Virus record (IMG/VR): IMGVR_UViG_3300030102_006934
Location: 1-64,000 of that record
Strand: one strand, 5' to 3'
Length of the DNA: 64,000 nucleotides
Positions 26,920 through 37,507 of this stretch are shown here, piece by piece. Below the pieces are notes generated by a model. It worked only from the letters and a program-made list of their open reading frames with translations. It did no database searches and was not told the origin of the DNA. The translations under genes and the position numbers were made by a program. Each line of letters begins with the position of its first letter. Position 1 is the stretch's first letter.

Positions 26920-27309
26920 ATGGCAGAAAGAGGTAAATTCATTAATATAGCGTTTCCATTCCAGCAAAGTAGTAGGGGTGATTTAATATTACTTAATGAT
27001 GATGATAATAAAGCAATTAAGTCTGATTTAATGCATTTAATATTAACCAAAAAAGGTGAAAGATTATACCTACCAGAGTTTGGTACTAACTTATTAAAAT
27101 TTATATACGAGCCAAATGACACTTTGACTAGGGACGATATAAAAAAAGAAATAACAGATACTGTTAAAAAATATCTACCTAATTTACAAATAAATGAAGT
27201 CACTGTAGAAGAAAGTGAAGATAGTGTATATCATGCTAAAGTTAGGATTGATTATACAGTAACAGAGGGAGTATTTCAAGAAAAAGACTTTATTATTATA
27301 GAACTTTAA
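26920..27309 (+). CDS. gp25: Baseplate wedge subunit gp25-like (GPW/gp25)
   Basis: IKSDLMHLILTKKGERLYLPEFGTNLLKFIYEP...IKKEITDTVKKYLP is the classic gp25 signature. Confidence 0.92.
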   Translation: MAERGKFINIAFPFQQSSRGDLILLNDDDNKAIKSDLMHLILTKKGERLYLPEFGTNLLKFIYEPNDTLTRDDIKKEITDTVKKYLPNLQINEVTVEESEDSVYHAKVRIDYTVTEGVFQEKDFIIIEL

Positions 27310-27319
27310 AATACTTAGT

Positions 27320-29137
27320 ATGGCTAAAAAAATTAATTATTATAGTAGAAACTTTGCTGACGTAAGAACAGAATTAGTAAATTTTGTAAAAGAATATTAT
27401 CCAGATATATTCAATGACTTTAATGATGCATCAGTTGGTATGATGTTATTAGAATTAAATGCTGCTGTTGGGGATATGTTATCATTTAACACAGATAGAA
27501 TGTTTCAAGAAACACAAATAGACTTTGCGCAAGAAAGAAGTTCAATATTATCAATGGCAAGGACTTTCGGTTTAAAAGTTCCAGGTAAAAAACCATCAGT
27601 TACCATAGTAGATTTTTCAGTTACAGTACCAGTTGGGGGTGATACATTTGACTTTTCATATTGCCCATTAATATCCATTGGGGCTCAAGTTAGTGGCGGT
27701 GGTAAAGTATTTGAAACTATTGATGAAATTGATTTTTCTTCCCCATTCACAACTGGGGGTATACAAAATAGATTAATCATACCAAATGAAGATAATAATG
27801 GCAACATATTAAATTATACGATAACAAAAAGAGAAATGGTTGTAAATGGTGTAACAAAAATATTTAGTAGAACACTAAGTAGTGCTGATGTTAGACCATT
27901 TTTTGAGGTAATATTACCAGATAATGATATTTTATCAATAAATTCTATAGTAACTTTAGATGGTACAAATTACACGACTACACCAACTAATGGTCAATTT
28001 TATGATGAAGACCTCAGATGGTACGAGGTCAACGCATTAGCGGATGATATAGTCTTTATAGAAGACCTCACAGGATTAAGCGATAATTCAACAGTTAAAC
28101 CTGGTAAATATAAGAGAGTAAATCAAAGATTTATCAGTGAATATACTGACAATGGATTTACTAAAGTAATTTTTGGTGGAGGTTCTGAAGACATTTCATC
28201 ACTTTGCGATTTTGATGTTAATAAACAACTAGTTAATAGAGTAGGAGATTTTATAAATAACACATCTCTAGGTCTAACTGTTAGCGCAAATAAAACAATG
28301 TTTATATCTTATAGAGTGGGTGGAGGCTCAACATCTAATCTAGGTCCAAATACTATAGATGCCGTAACCAAAAAAGAAATGTTTGTTAATGGGTCAAATC
28401 AAACTATAAATCAGAAGGTTAAGAATTCACTTAAAGTAAATAATCCATTACCAGCTATAGGTGGTAGAGATGAACCTAGTGTTGAAGAATTAAGAAACCT
28501 TGTTAGGTATAATTTTGCATCACAAGAAAGATGTGTAACAATAGAAGATTATAAAACTAGAATATCTTTAATGCCAGGCAAATTTGGAATACCTTTTAGA
28601 AATAACATAGTCGAACAACAAAATAAAATTAAAATATATACTTTAACTCTAGATGAAGATGGTAAATTAAGTACACAATCAACATCAACATTAAACCAGA
28701 ACTTGGCAACTTACCTTTCAGATTATAGAATGATTAATGATTACATAGAGGTAGACAATGGAACTGTGTATAATTTAGGTTTTGAAGTTGATTTATTTAT
28801 AGATAAACAATTTTCTCAATCAGAAGTTATAACTGAAACAATATCTAACATAACAGACTATTTCGATATAACTAAATGGGATATGGGTAATAATATTTAT
28901 ATGGCCCAACTAATTGAAAATATAAATAACGTTCCTGGAGTTTTGAATGTAATAGACTTAAGAGTTTACAATAAAGTAGGTCAGGGCAGATATTCATCTA
29001 ATGAAATAGCCCAGCCATATATTGATGATGCGACAAGACAAGTCGACCTATTAGGTGAATATACACTCTATGGAGACCCAATAGGTATGTTTGAAATAAA
29101 ATATCCAGAAACGGATATTAAAGTTAGGGTTAAGTAA
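27320..29137 (+). CDS. gp6: Baseplate wedge subunit gp6 / baseplate J-like
   Basis: INYYSRNFADVRTEL...DFNDASVGMMLLELNAAVGDMLSF...AQERSSILSMARTFG and AIGGRDEPSVEELR...NFASQERCVTIEDY. Confidence 0.9.
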   Translation: MAKKINYYSRNFADVRTELVNFVKEYYPDIFNDFNDASVGMMLLELNAAVGDMLSFNTDRMFQETQIDFAQERSSILSMARTFGLKVPGKKPSVTIVDFSVTVPVGGDTFDFSYCPLISIGAQVSGGGKVFETIDEIDFSSPFTTGGIQNRLIIPNEDNNGNILNYTITKREMVVNGVTKIFSRTLSSADVRPFFEVILPDNDILSINSIVTLDGTNYTTTPTNGQFYDEDLRWYEVNALADDIVFIEDLTGLSDNSTVKPGKYKRVNQRFISEYTDNGFTKVIFGGGSEDISSLCDFDVNKQLVNRVGDFINNTSLGLTVSANKTMFISYRVGGGSTSNLGPNTIDAVTKKEMFVNGSNQTINQKVKNSLKVNNPLPAIGGRDEPSVEELRNLVRYNFASQERCVTIEDYKTRISLMPGKFGIPFRNNIVEQQNKIKIYTLTLDEDGKLSTQSTSTLNQNLATYLSDYRMINDYIEVDNGTVYNLGFEVDLFIDKQFSQSEVITETISNITDYFDITKWDMGNNIYMAQLIENINNVPGVLNVIDLRVYNKVGQGRYSSNEIAQPYIDDATRQVDLLGEYTLYGDPIGMFEIKYPETDIKVRVK

Positions 29138-29150
29138 TAACTTTTAATTA

Positions 29151-29180
29151 TTCACTTTTATGTTAAAAATGTTATAATTA
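29151..29180 (+). promoter_or_regulatory. Possible second-class promoter TTCACT-N16-TATAAT
   Basis: TTCACT 29151-29156 and TATAAT 29173-29178, upstream of the 29212 gene. Confidence 0.4.
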
Positions 29181-29211
29181 GTTATATAATTAAAAGTAAA
29201 AAAAAAAAGTT

Positions 29212-29586
29212 ATGGGTTGTAATTGTAAAAGTAAAAATAGTTCTATTGGTGATATACCAGTTATTAGTTTTGATAATATAAAGGATAAATACCCATTAAT
29301 TGGTAATTCGATTTTATTTATTACTAAGATAATATTATTTATAATGGCAACTATTATTTCAATAATAATTGTTTTACCAGCTAGCTTATACATTTCTTTT
29401 AAAATATCTTTCATTAAGAAAGGTAATGAATTAGACTTAACTAAAAATATATTAAAGTTTGCTAAATTTTACAGTAAATTTAAAAATAATAGAGATGACG
29501 ATGATGACGATGATGATGACGATGATGACGATTCATTCGATTATTCAGACGTTGAGTTATTAGATGTCGAAGATATTAAAACTTAA
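29212..29586 (+). CDS. Small membrane protein with N-terminal CxC and poly-Asp tract
   Basis: MGCNCK start; long hydrophobic stretch ILFITKIILFIMATIISIIIVLPASLYISF; 13 consecutive Asp codons (29494-29532). Confidence 0.75.
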   Translation: MGCNCKSKNSSIGDIPVISFDNIKDKYPLIGNSILFITKIILFIMATIISIIIVLPASLYISFKISFIKKGNELDLTKNILKFAKFYSKFKNNRDDDDDDDDDDDDDSFDYSDVELLDVEDIKT

Positions 29587-29588
29587 AT

Positions 29589-32500
29589 ATGTCTAATAGT
29601 ATCAGGTTAAAAACCACACCTGGCGGTGATAATAAAAATATAAACGTATCAATAAATCAAGATTTTGATTTTATTGAGATATTATCATTAAAAATATCTC
29701 AAGATGAGGCCTATAGGAGATTTAGTTCGGACTATGGCTGTGTTGTTGGTAGAGTAATAATAAATAATGGTGTTGGGGTACCAAATGCTAAGGTATCCAT
29801 ATTTGTACCTGTAGAAGAGATAGACAAACTAGACCCAGAGATTTTTGGTCTATACCCATATGAAACGATATCAGACAAAAATTCAGACGGAATGCCATAC
29901 AGCTTACTACCATCAAATACAAATGGGGGTGACGAGTGTGCGGTAACAGTTGGTAGATTTGATACTAAAAGACAAATACAGGATAACCCAGAAAGCGAAG
30001 AAATTTATTGTAAATATTATAAATTTACGACAACAACAAATAACTCTGGTGATTATATGATATTTGGGGCACCAATTGGGGCACACAATGTACATGTTGA
30101 AGTTGATTTATCAGACATGGGGGTTTTAAGTCAAAAACCATATAATATGATAAATGAAGGGTCTAGCCCAAATTTATTTAAATCCCCAAATCAATTTAAA
30201 GGTACAAAGGAAAATATAGCGCCTATACAAAATAAAAAAGTGTCTCCAGTTGCGGTAAATGTAATCCCATTTTGGGGTGACAAAGAACAGTTTGAAGTTG
30301 GTATAACAAGACTAGACGTAGACTTATTAATGAATATAACGCCAACAGCAATATTTATGGGTTCAGTATTTACTGATACCGAAAAAAATAGTTTAAATAA
30401 AAAATGTAGACCTAGAAAAAAACTAGGCAAAATGGGTGAACTAATAACTGGGCCTGGAACTATAGAGATGATTAGAAAGGCATCTGATGGTGCTGTTGAA
30501 TTCTTAGATGTTGATGGGGGTCAATTAATAGACGAAAACGGAACTTGGTGTTATCAAGTACCTATGAATCTAGATTTAATGGTTACTTCTGAAAAAGGTG
30601 ATTTAGTTAAATCATTAGACGGTAAAAGTGGAATACCAACTAGAGCCGATGTTAGGTTTAGGGTGGGCATGGAAGTGAACGGAAATGAAGGTAGGGTAAG
30701 AACAAGAGCAAAATACCTAATACCAAATAATCCAACTAGCTATGCTGATTCCGACTATAGCTTTGACACAACAACACAAGCCCAAAGCTTTAAAACATTG
30801 CATTGGAATAAAATATATACTGTTAAAAATTATATAGCTAGAGTACAACCAAATAAGTCAGTTGAGAATAGAAATTTTATTGGCATAAAAAACTGTGATG
30901 ATGAACAGGGAAACAGCCCATTCCCATTTAATAGAATGGACTCAAAGGGTAATCCACTATTCAGTATTTTAATGGCCGTCATTGGAACCTTAGCCTTTTT
31001 ATGTTGGTTCATAAATATATCTATACTCTTAGTATTAAACACTATTTTAATGGGTATACAACAGTTAGTTTGGGGTATTCAGAAGGCTGTTTGTTTGTTA
31101 AAACACCCATTAAGCCCTAAAAAAGTGAGACAATGTAGGTGTTGTAAATTAATAGAGCTAACCGATGGCCTTCAAGGAAACCAATCTTGTTGTAACAACA
31201 AAAACAATTGTAGCTCTGGTGCATGTAAAAAATATAAACCACAAGCAGTTATACCATATATTAAACTTAGTTGTGACGGTGAAAAATATTTCTTGTGGAA
31301 TATTGGAACAAGCCCAGAAGCGCATGCAAAAACATGTCTAGACCTAGAAAATTTTGCTGGTCAGCAAATAGATTGCTTATATAGTGAACCAACAAACACC
31401 AATAAATCGATATCTGTTGGTAAATATTTAGAGTGTAATGCTATATTATTAGCTGACGCACTTAATGTATTTAAATTTGACTTTTATAATGACTGGATTA
31501 ATGGGACACTATATTTATTCTTGCTAAAATTTAAATATAAAAGGAATGGTAAACAAAAATTCTGTGATGTTGATTGTGATGATGACGTTTTAGGCGACTC
31601 AAACGGTGATAATAAAGCAGATAATAATTGTAAAAAGAATTATATACTTGATACTGCAACCAAACCAGAACCACAAGAGCAAAATCAAAATTCTGTGGGT
31701 AACATTAACATGATTAATAGTAAGCAGCACGATGAAATTGAGGAGGGTTATATAAAGAGAGGTACTGATGGAACACTATATTACTCAGCAATATCTAAAA
31801 GAACAGACAAACTTATATTTGCAACTGACATAATTAATCTAGGTTCTATAAATGAACGTGATTGGCAAGGCTCCCCTCAAATATATAAATCTCTAATTGA
31901 TACAACATTTAAAATACCACCAACCGTTGATGAAAACGATGAAGATAACCCATCACAGATAAATGTATCTGGATTTAATGGAGCAAATGATTTGATTTTC
32001 ACTTTTTCGATTAACGCTTTCCTACAGGTAACAGTTAAAAGCAACGATAGACAATGTAATAACATTAGACGTATTTGTGAATTAGGTATTGGCCTAGATG
32101 AAGATAGAACTGATTCTGGCCCAAATCCTGTTGACCTTGGAGAAGCTGATGGTAAGATAGCCAATAATGATGTTGAAAACCCATTTATAAGAGGTTTATT
32201 TACATATGTTAATTCAACCAATTTCCCTCAAAATATAAATTCAAGTATAAGTTTAGTTTATATTGATAGTAGTAACAACATTGAAACCAGTAATGGTTTC
32301 TCGAATTACAAAGACCCATTTTATGAGCCATTTAGAGGTTCTGAAAATTGGGCAAACTACTCAGGTGTTTACCAGTTTAAAAACTCATATTATTTTTATT
32401 TCGGTTTAGTTCCTGGTAAAAGCGCCTTAGTAAAATTAATTAGAGAATATCTAACACCTTGCTCTATAGAAGTCGATAATAGCTTTCAATGTGTTACAAA

Positions 32501-34055
32501 TACAATAATACCAGATGGTGATGAGGACGAACCAACAGGGTCAATAATAGCAGACGTTATAGGCGGTGTACCCCCACTAACATACACATGGACTGGACCA
32601 GAAATAAATGGTATAAATTACCCCCAATCAGGAAATATAATTAATAATGATTCAAGTTCAGAAATAATAGAATTATATTCTGGGGGTTATGAATTAACAG
32701 TTAGTGACGATGCTGGAAATATAACATCTTGTGCATTTCAAGTAGGTGGACCAGCTGGAGTATCATGTAGTGTAGATTTTGATGAGCCAAGTATTTCTGG
32801 TGGAGACGATGGGTCAATTGATTTAAACATAACTGATGGTTTACCGCCTTATAGCTGCACCCTAACACGAATAGACCCATCAACGCAGCAACCCACTGGT
32901 AACCCATCAACACAGCAAATAAATACTAGTTCTACTACTTTTGATGATTTAGAATCTGGATTTTACCTACTAGAAGTTTCTGATAGCTCAACTGTAGTAA
33001 GTACTTGTAGTCAGTATATCACACTTACTGAACCATCTTTACCTGAAGTAATTTTAACTGGGTCTAGCATTTCTTGTCTTGGTGGAGATGATGGACAGTT
33101 ACAGGCAATTATAGCTGACTCAAATGGAGGTTCACCAACAAAAGAATGGGGATTTCATAGCACATCACCAAGCGGACCATTCAGCTGGCCCCCAAATAAT
33201 TCACAAATATATAATTTCACAAATGGGCAGAATCAAACACCAACCGTCATTAATAATGTGGATGAATCTGGATATTATAAAATAACCTACACTGACGATT
33301 TAAACCAAACAGATTCTGATATTTACCAGGTTACAGAACCATCAACTTCACCGTATATAAAATTTGTTAAACCAAATAGTTATGATTTAGTTTACTGGTA
33401 TTTAGCACAAGCACCTACGAATAACAGCGGACCAATAATTAATACATTATCGATTGGTACTCCAAATATAGAGGGAGGGTATTCTGGAGTATATGTCGAA
33501 TGGCCCTACAATCCAGCAACACCAACTGTGTATTCTTATGAACATATTGAATTAGTACCATATACTGAGACAGGAGAGCTTGTAGATTCGTATACAGGTG
33601 TTGAAGGTGGAGATACTGGAAGCGGTGATGTACCAGGATATATTTTCCATTTCAAAGTAGATGGTGGTACACCACCATACACAGTAGTAGTGGAGGACGT
33701 TAATCTTGCTGCTAGTACCATAACTGAAATTGAAGAGTGGACAAACGTACAACCTAACACGGATTATAGTAGTAGGAATAATCTTACTTTCCACCATTAT
33801 ATTTATGGTGCTCTAGGCTACCCCTCCCGTTTTTTTAGATTTAAAGTTACAGATGCTAATGGGTGCTCCTCATACATTAGAGAGAACGAATCGGGTGTTC
33901 TAACTCCATCATCGACAATTAATTACGTTGGTCTCGGAAGTCCTGGTGATACGGATAATAACTCATGTAAATGGCACTCATCTCCATCAGTAGCGACTCC
34001 AACTGAAGTAACACTCGGGCCTAATAATTACACTATTTGGGTATTAAATTGTTAA
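29589..34055 (+). CDS. Large virion structural protein (baseplate/fibre) with carboxypeptidase-regulatory-like N-domain, hydrophobic plus Cys-rich middle, and SprB-like repeats
   Basis: VVGRVIINNGVGVPNAKVSIF; hydrophobic segment at about 30950-31100; repeats GSIIADVIGGVPPLTYTWTG, DDGSIDLNITDGLPPYSC, SCLGGDDGQLQA and DGGTPPYTV...KVTDANGCS. Confidence 0.7.
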   Translation: MSNSIRLKTTPGGDNKNINVSINQDFDFIEILSLKISQDEAYRRFSSDYGCVVGRVIINNGVGVPNAKVSIFVPVEEIDKLDPEIFGLYPYETISDKNSDGMPYSLLPSNTNGGDECAVTVGRFDTKRQIQDNPESEEIYCKYYKFTTTTNNSGDYMIFGAPIGAHNVHVEVDLSDMGVLSQKPYNMINEGSSPNLFKSPNQFKGTKENIAPIQNKKVSPVAVNVIPFWGDKEQFEVGITRLDVDLLMNITPTAIFMGSVFTDTEKNSLNKKCRPRKKLGKMGELITGPGTIEMIRKASDGAVEFLDVDGGQLIDENGTWCYQVPMNLDLMVTSEKGDLVKSLDGKSGIPTRADVRFRVGMEVNGNEGRVRTRAKYLIPNNPTSYADSDYSFDTTTQAQSFKTLHWNKIYTVKNYIARVQPNKSVENRNFIGIKNCDDEQGNSPFPFNRMDSKGNPLFSILMAVIGTLAFLCWFINISILLVLNTILMGIQQLVWGIQKAVCLLKHPLSPKKVRQCRCCKLIELTDGLQGNQSCCNNKNNCSSGACKKYKPQAVIPYIKLSCDGEKYFLWNIGTSPEAHAKTCLDLENFAGQQIDCLYSEPTNTNKSISVGKYLECNAILLADALNVFKFDFYNDWINGTLYLFLLKFKYKRNGKQKFCDVDCDDDVLGDSNGDNKADNNCKKNYILDTATKPEPQEQNQNSVGNINMINSKQHDEIEEGYIKRGTDGTLYYSAISKRTDKLIFATDIINLGSINERDWQGSPQIYKSLIDTTFKIPPTVDENDEDNPSQINVSGFNGANDLIFTFSINAFLQVTVKSNDRQCNNIRRICELGIGLDEDRTDSGPNPVDLGEADGKIANNDVENPFIRGLFTYVNSTNFPQNINSSISLVYIDSSNNIETSNGFSNYKDPFYEPFRGSENWANYSGVYQFKNSYYFYFGLVPGKSALVKLIREYLTPCSIEVDNSFQCVTNTIIPDGDEDEPTGSIIADVIGGVPPLTYTWTGPEINGINYPQSGNIINNDSSSEIIELYSGGYELTVSDDAGNITSCAFQVGGPAGVSCSVDFDEPSISGGDDGSIDLNITDGLPPYSCTLTRIDPSTQQPTGNPSTQQINTSSTTFDDLESGFYLLEVSDSSTVVSTCSQYITLTEPSLPEVILTGSSISCLGGDDGQLQAIIADSNGGSPTKEWGFHSTSPSGPFSWPPNNSQIYNFTNGQNQTPTVINNVDESGYYKITYTDDLNQTDSDIYQVTEPSTSPYIKFVKPNSYDLVYWYLAQAPTNNSGPIINTLSIGTPNIEGGYSGVYVEWPYNPATPTVYSYEHIELVPYTETGELVDSYTGVEGGDTGSGDVPGYIFHFKVDGGTPPYTVVVEDVNLAASTITEIEEWTNVQPNTDYSSRNNLTFHHYIYGALGYPSRFFRFKVTDANGCSSYIRENESGVLTPSSTINYVGLGSPGDTDNNSCKWHSSPSVATPTEVTLGPNNYTIWVLNC

Positions 34056-34073
34056 TATAATATATATATAATT

Positions 34074-35840
34074 GTGGATAGAAAAAAAATAAAACTAAAT
34101 AAAGCTACTTCTAAATCTGAAGTTAACATTAATAATTTTGGTTGTGTTAATTTTGTTGGTAACAATAGGGAGTTACCTCCAGGAGAAATAAACCATATTT
34201 TAGATGTTGGGGAACAATTTAATGTGGAAAGAAGAGCATGTCATGATTATAGGTTTATATTTACGATAACACCAATATTTAGTAATCCATTACACAACCC
34301 ATACGGGAAGGAACCTCAAGATGTCTTTGTTGGTGGAACACCCGATGCCGCTATTGGAAATGGGTTGAATATTTTTGATAACATTTTATTTAAAAGTAAA
34401 GCGTTTGCAAACCCACAATTTCAATTTAGTGTTACTAATTTAGATTATGTTGAAGCAGTTGATGAATTTTTTATTGAAAGGGATGGTTGGTTTGGTTTTA
34501 ATGACCCAGATGTAACAGCTACAGGTATAACTAGATTTTACGACATAGAACCATCAAGGGCCAGGTTTAGTCTTAATTCAGATATAAAAAAAAACTGGGA
34601 CATATGCATTACATATCCAGAATCTAGTGACAATAATCATCATTTAGTAAATAATGGGTTACTAGTAGTAAATATAGAAACAGATATTGAGGTTGGTGGT
34701 AGAAAAATGTTAGCCCTTGGTACAGCAACAAGGCACGGATTATCTAGAGGTGATAAAGTTATATTAACCTCATTACCTACTGGAATTTCAGGTAAACACA
34801 CAGTTAGGAGATTGGGTTTAGATAATGGTGATTTACCTCAAAATTATTTCGTGATAGATGTAAACCCAGATGATAATAATATTGATTCGCAAGTCTGTGA
34901 GGGTAGAATGAAGAGAGTTTTAAATGGTTACGAATCCGAATATTATGTTAGAATGTTTAAGAAATTTGAAAACATTGATTATTCTATATACCCATTAGCA
35001 TTTAGTAAAACAATATATAATGATAAAAACCACCAATTAACATTTAATAAAAATATAAATGTGGAAGGTATAAAAGATAATCTAGGTAGACCACTAAGTG
35101 AAGTATTTTTAACTTTTGTCAAAACAAAAGACCAATTTACAGTTGGCGATATAAACCTAAATTATATGTCAGAAATAAAATCGGGTTTTGATTTAGAATT
35201 ATTAAGTGGTAATATTTTAGATACAAACTTATCAAACATAAGAAGAATTCACAATGGGGGTTCAACACCATTTCAATCCCACATACCATTAGAATCAGAC
35301 CTAGTAATGGGTTCATTAAATGAACCAGATACATTTTATGGTGATATTGTAGAATACAACAAAACCGAATTAAAAGAAAATGTGCTTAGTGATGTTTTAC
35401 ACAGATACAACACTAGCTTTAGAGATATGTCTACCCAATCCTTTGAACTAGCAAAAGGACCAAGATATGAAGGTTATATGTACAAAGCACACCATAGAGT
35501 GAAAATTAGGTTATACTCTATATTTATAGAAGAAGGTTATTTAGAAACTACTGGTAATATACCAGATTATGCAGAGATACTCGATGGCAATAAATATGTA
35601 TGGAGAGATTTTTTAAGTATTGGTGTATCTAGAGCTGATGGTGAAACTTTAGATTATCCTTTTACTAATAATTCACATTACGTTTATGACAACATATGTT
35701 TTATTGGTAAAAGACAAGACCCATTTAATCAATACGGTTTATATTATAGTGGAGATTTAACAAATAATGACCCACCAGACGCCAGAGGAGAAACTATAAC
35801 GGATAAATTCATAACTAAGGGTGGCGATGAGATATGTTAA
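34074..35840 (+). CDS. Putative virion structural protein
   Basis: 588 aa with GTG start; beta-rich composition; within the baseplate cluster. Confidence 0.65.
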   Translation: MDRKKIKLNKATSKSEVNINNFGCVNFVGNNRELPPGEINHILDVGEQFNVERRACHDYRFIFTITPIFSNPLHNPYGKEPQDVFVGGTPDAAIGNGLNIFDNILFKSKAFANPQFQFSVTNLDYVEAVDEFFIERDGWFGFNDPDVTATGITRFYDIEPSRARFSLNSDIKKNWDICITYPESSDNNHHLVNNGLLVVNIETDIEVGGRKMLALGTATRHGLSRGDKVILTSLPTGISGKHTVRRLGLDNGDLPQNYFVIDVNPDDNNIDSQVCEGRMKRVLNGYESEYYVRMFKKFENIDYSIYPLAFSKTIYNDKNHQLTFNKNINVEGIKDNLGRPLSEVFLTFVKTKDQFTVGDINLNYMSEIKSGFDLELLSGNILDTNLSNIRRIHNGGSTPFQSHIPLESDLVMGSLNEPDTFYGDIVEYNKTELKENVLSDVLHRYNTSFRDMSTQSFELAKGPRYEGYMYKAHHRVKIRLYSIFIEEGYLETTGNIPDYAEILDGNKYVWRDFLSIGVSRADGETLDYPFTNNSHYVYDNICFIGKRQDPFNQYGLYYSGDLTNNDPPDARGETITDKFITKGGDEIC

Positions 35841-36633
35841 TAAGTATAAGATTATTAGACCAGATTTAAAAACTGATGGTATATTTATAAACACACCCAT
35901 AAGTAATCTACCAAATTTAGCTGGACAAAGCGAAATAGTTCATAAAAAATTTGTTGACGTAGAAGTTGAAAAATCTATAAATGATATATTAGATTATGAA
36001 TCAACAAGATTTTTTCCAATAGATGTAAAAAGAGATATAATAGGTTCTATAATATATAGAGTTCATTTACTTGATAATAATTTGAATTATTATTCACCAA
36101 GTACAAAATGGTCAGATGCTGATTTTATATTAAGTGATATAAAAAACCAAAAAAACTCTTTCTTAAAAAGTTTTGTTAGGTTATCATTTTATGATAGAGA
36201 CATAAATTCAAATCAAAACCTATTATTTATTGTAACGTTATTCCCAGAAGATATTGCTGGACTAGAAGAACCAGAAAGTAAAACAATAGAATTTAATTTG
36301 GGTAATTCTATTATAGACCCAGATAGAAATTGTGAAGGATATTTTTTGTACTATAATAAAAATGAAGTGATACCGACAGTAAGTAAGGAAATATATATGA
36401 GAGCAACATTCTTCAATGCAAAAAACGGTAAAGCTATAAATTTTATGGCAACAAGTACAAGTTTAAATATTGATGATTTAATAGCTCCAGGTCAAGGAAA
36501 TCTATATACTAAATACAACTTAAGTAGGGACAGCTCTGGTTATAAATACAACATTGATGATACATATAGTAATAATGTAACGTACGGAACCAATGAAGTA
36601 CTAATAGACTTATATCAAATAAAAGTTAACTAA
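35821..36633 (+). CDS. Putative virion structural protein (ATG at 35827 likely)
   Basis: 270 aa; overlaps its neighbours; baseplate cluster. Confidence 0.65.
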   Translation: MAMRYVNKYKIIRPDLKTDGIFINTPISNLPNLAGQSEIVHKKFVDVEVEKSINDILDYESTRFFPIDVKRDIIGSIIYRVHLLDNNLNYYSPSTKWSDADFILSDIKNQKNSFLKSFVRLSFYDRDINSNQNLLFIVTLFPEDIAGLEEPESKTIEFNLGNSIIDPDRNCEGYFLYYNKNEVIPTVSKEIYMRATFFNAKNGKAINFMATSTSLNIDDLIAPGQGNLYTKYNLSRDSSGYKYNIDDTYSNNVTYGTNEVLIDLYQIKVN

Positions 36634-37475
36634 TGGAGATTATAAAAAGAAAAATATCGTTAGAAGATTATACAAGTAGAGCCCCAAGTACCTGGGGTGA
36701 ATTTATTTGGAATATAGAGTCACAAAAAGAAGACTTTATTTTAGGTATAGATTCAAACGGAAATAAAGAAACACCATCTTTAATGTTAAATGTTTTTATA
36801 AAACAAAATATGGATGATATGGGTATTGGAACTAATCTTGATTTCATTGAAAATTTAACTGCAACAACAGTTATGAATGAATACACTCCAGATGTCAGGT
36901 ACGAAAATAAAACATTAATTGATTATTTTAGCCCAACAATTTTTATAACAGGGACAACTTCAAGTAGAACTAATTTGGTTAAATCATATTCATTTACTCA
37001 AAAGTATCAAAACAGTTTAAACATGTTAAAAGAAACTAATATTTCTTCACCAAATTATGCTGGCAACCCATACACCTCAACAAATGAAGTGATTTCTAAC
37101 GATAATGAAATGCCAATAACATACATTATTAATGGAGACGAGTCTGAAATATCTAATATAGATTTAAGTAATCCAAGTCAAGAAGTTGGTATATTATTTA
37201 AAACATTTAGTGGAATAACAAATGATTCTGAAGGTGAATTAACAGAAATGTATTATAAAGGTCAAGGGTTTAATGAGAGCAATACTACATTATCAGCGAT
37301 AACCAAAGACGAATATCTATTTGGTATAACATCAAGCCCAACAGTTTTTGACGATGTAAATATAGATAGAGGTATAAATTCAGCATTTCAAAGCCACCTA
37401 CAATTAGGAGAAATTAGAAATATGAGACAATTAATAAAATATGGTAATGGTTATTATAAAATACAAAAGTTATAA
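36633..37475 (+). CDS. Putative virion structural protein
   Basis: 280 aa; TAATG stop/start overlap with the upstream gene. Confidence 0.65.
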   Translation: MEIIKRKISLEDYTSRAPSTWGEFIWNIESQKEDFILGIDSNGNKETPSLMLNVFIKQNMDDMGIGTNLDFIENLTATTVMNEYTPDVRYENKTLIDYFSPTIFITGTTSSRTNLVKSYSFTQKYQNSLNMLKETNISSPNYAGNPYTSTNEVISNDNEMPITYIINGDESEISNIDLSNPSQEVGILFKTFSGITNDSEGELTEMYYKGQGFNESNTTLSAITKDEYLFGITSSPTVFDDVNIDRGINSAFQSHLQLGEIRNMRQLIKYGNGYYKIQKL

Positions 37476-37483
37476 TATTTATA
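37476..37483 (+). promoter_or_regulatory. Putative late-promoter motif TATTTATA
   Basis: Exact TATTTATA in a short intergenic gap before 37508. Confidence 0.45.
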
Positions 37484-37507
37484 TAATATAGTTAAAAAAT
37501 AAAAAAA

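Noticed and set aside
26920-29137. Bacterial contractile injection system (eCIS/T6SS) rather than a phage
   Set aside because: The baseplate genes are interleaved with gp32, UvsX, helicase, primase, RNR, SbcCD and a sigma factor, which is a lytic phage replication set.
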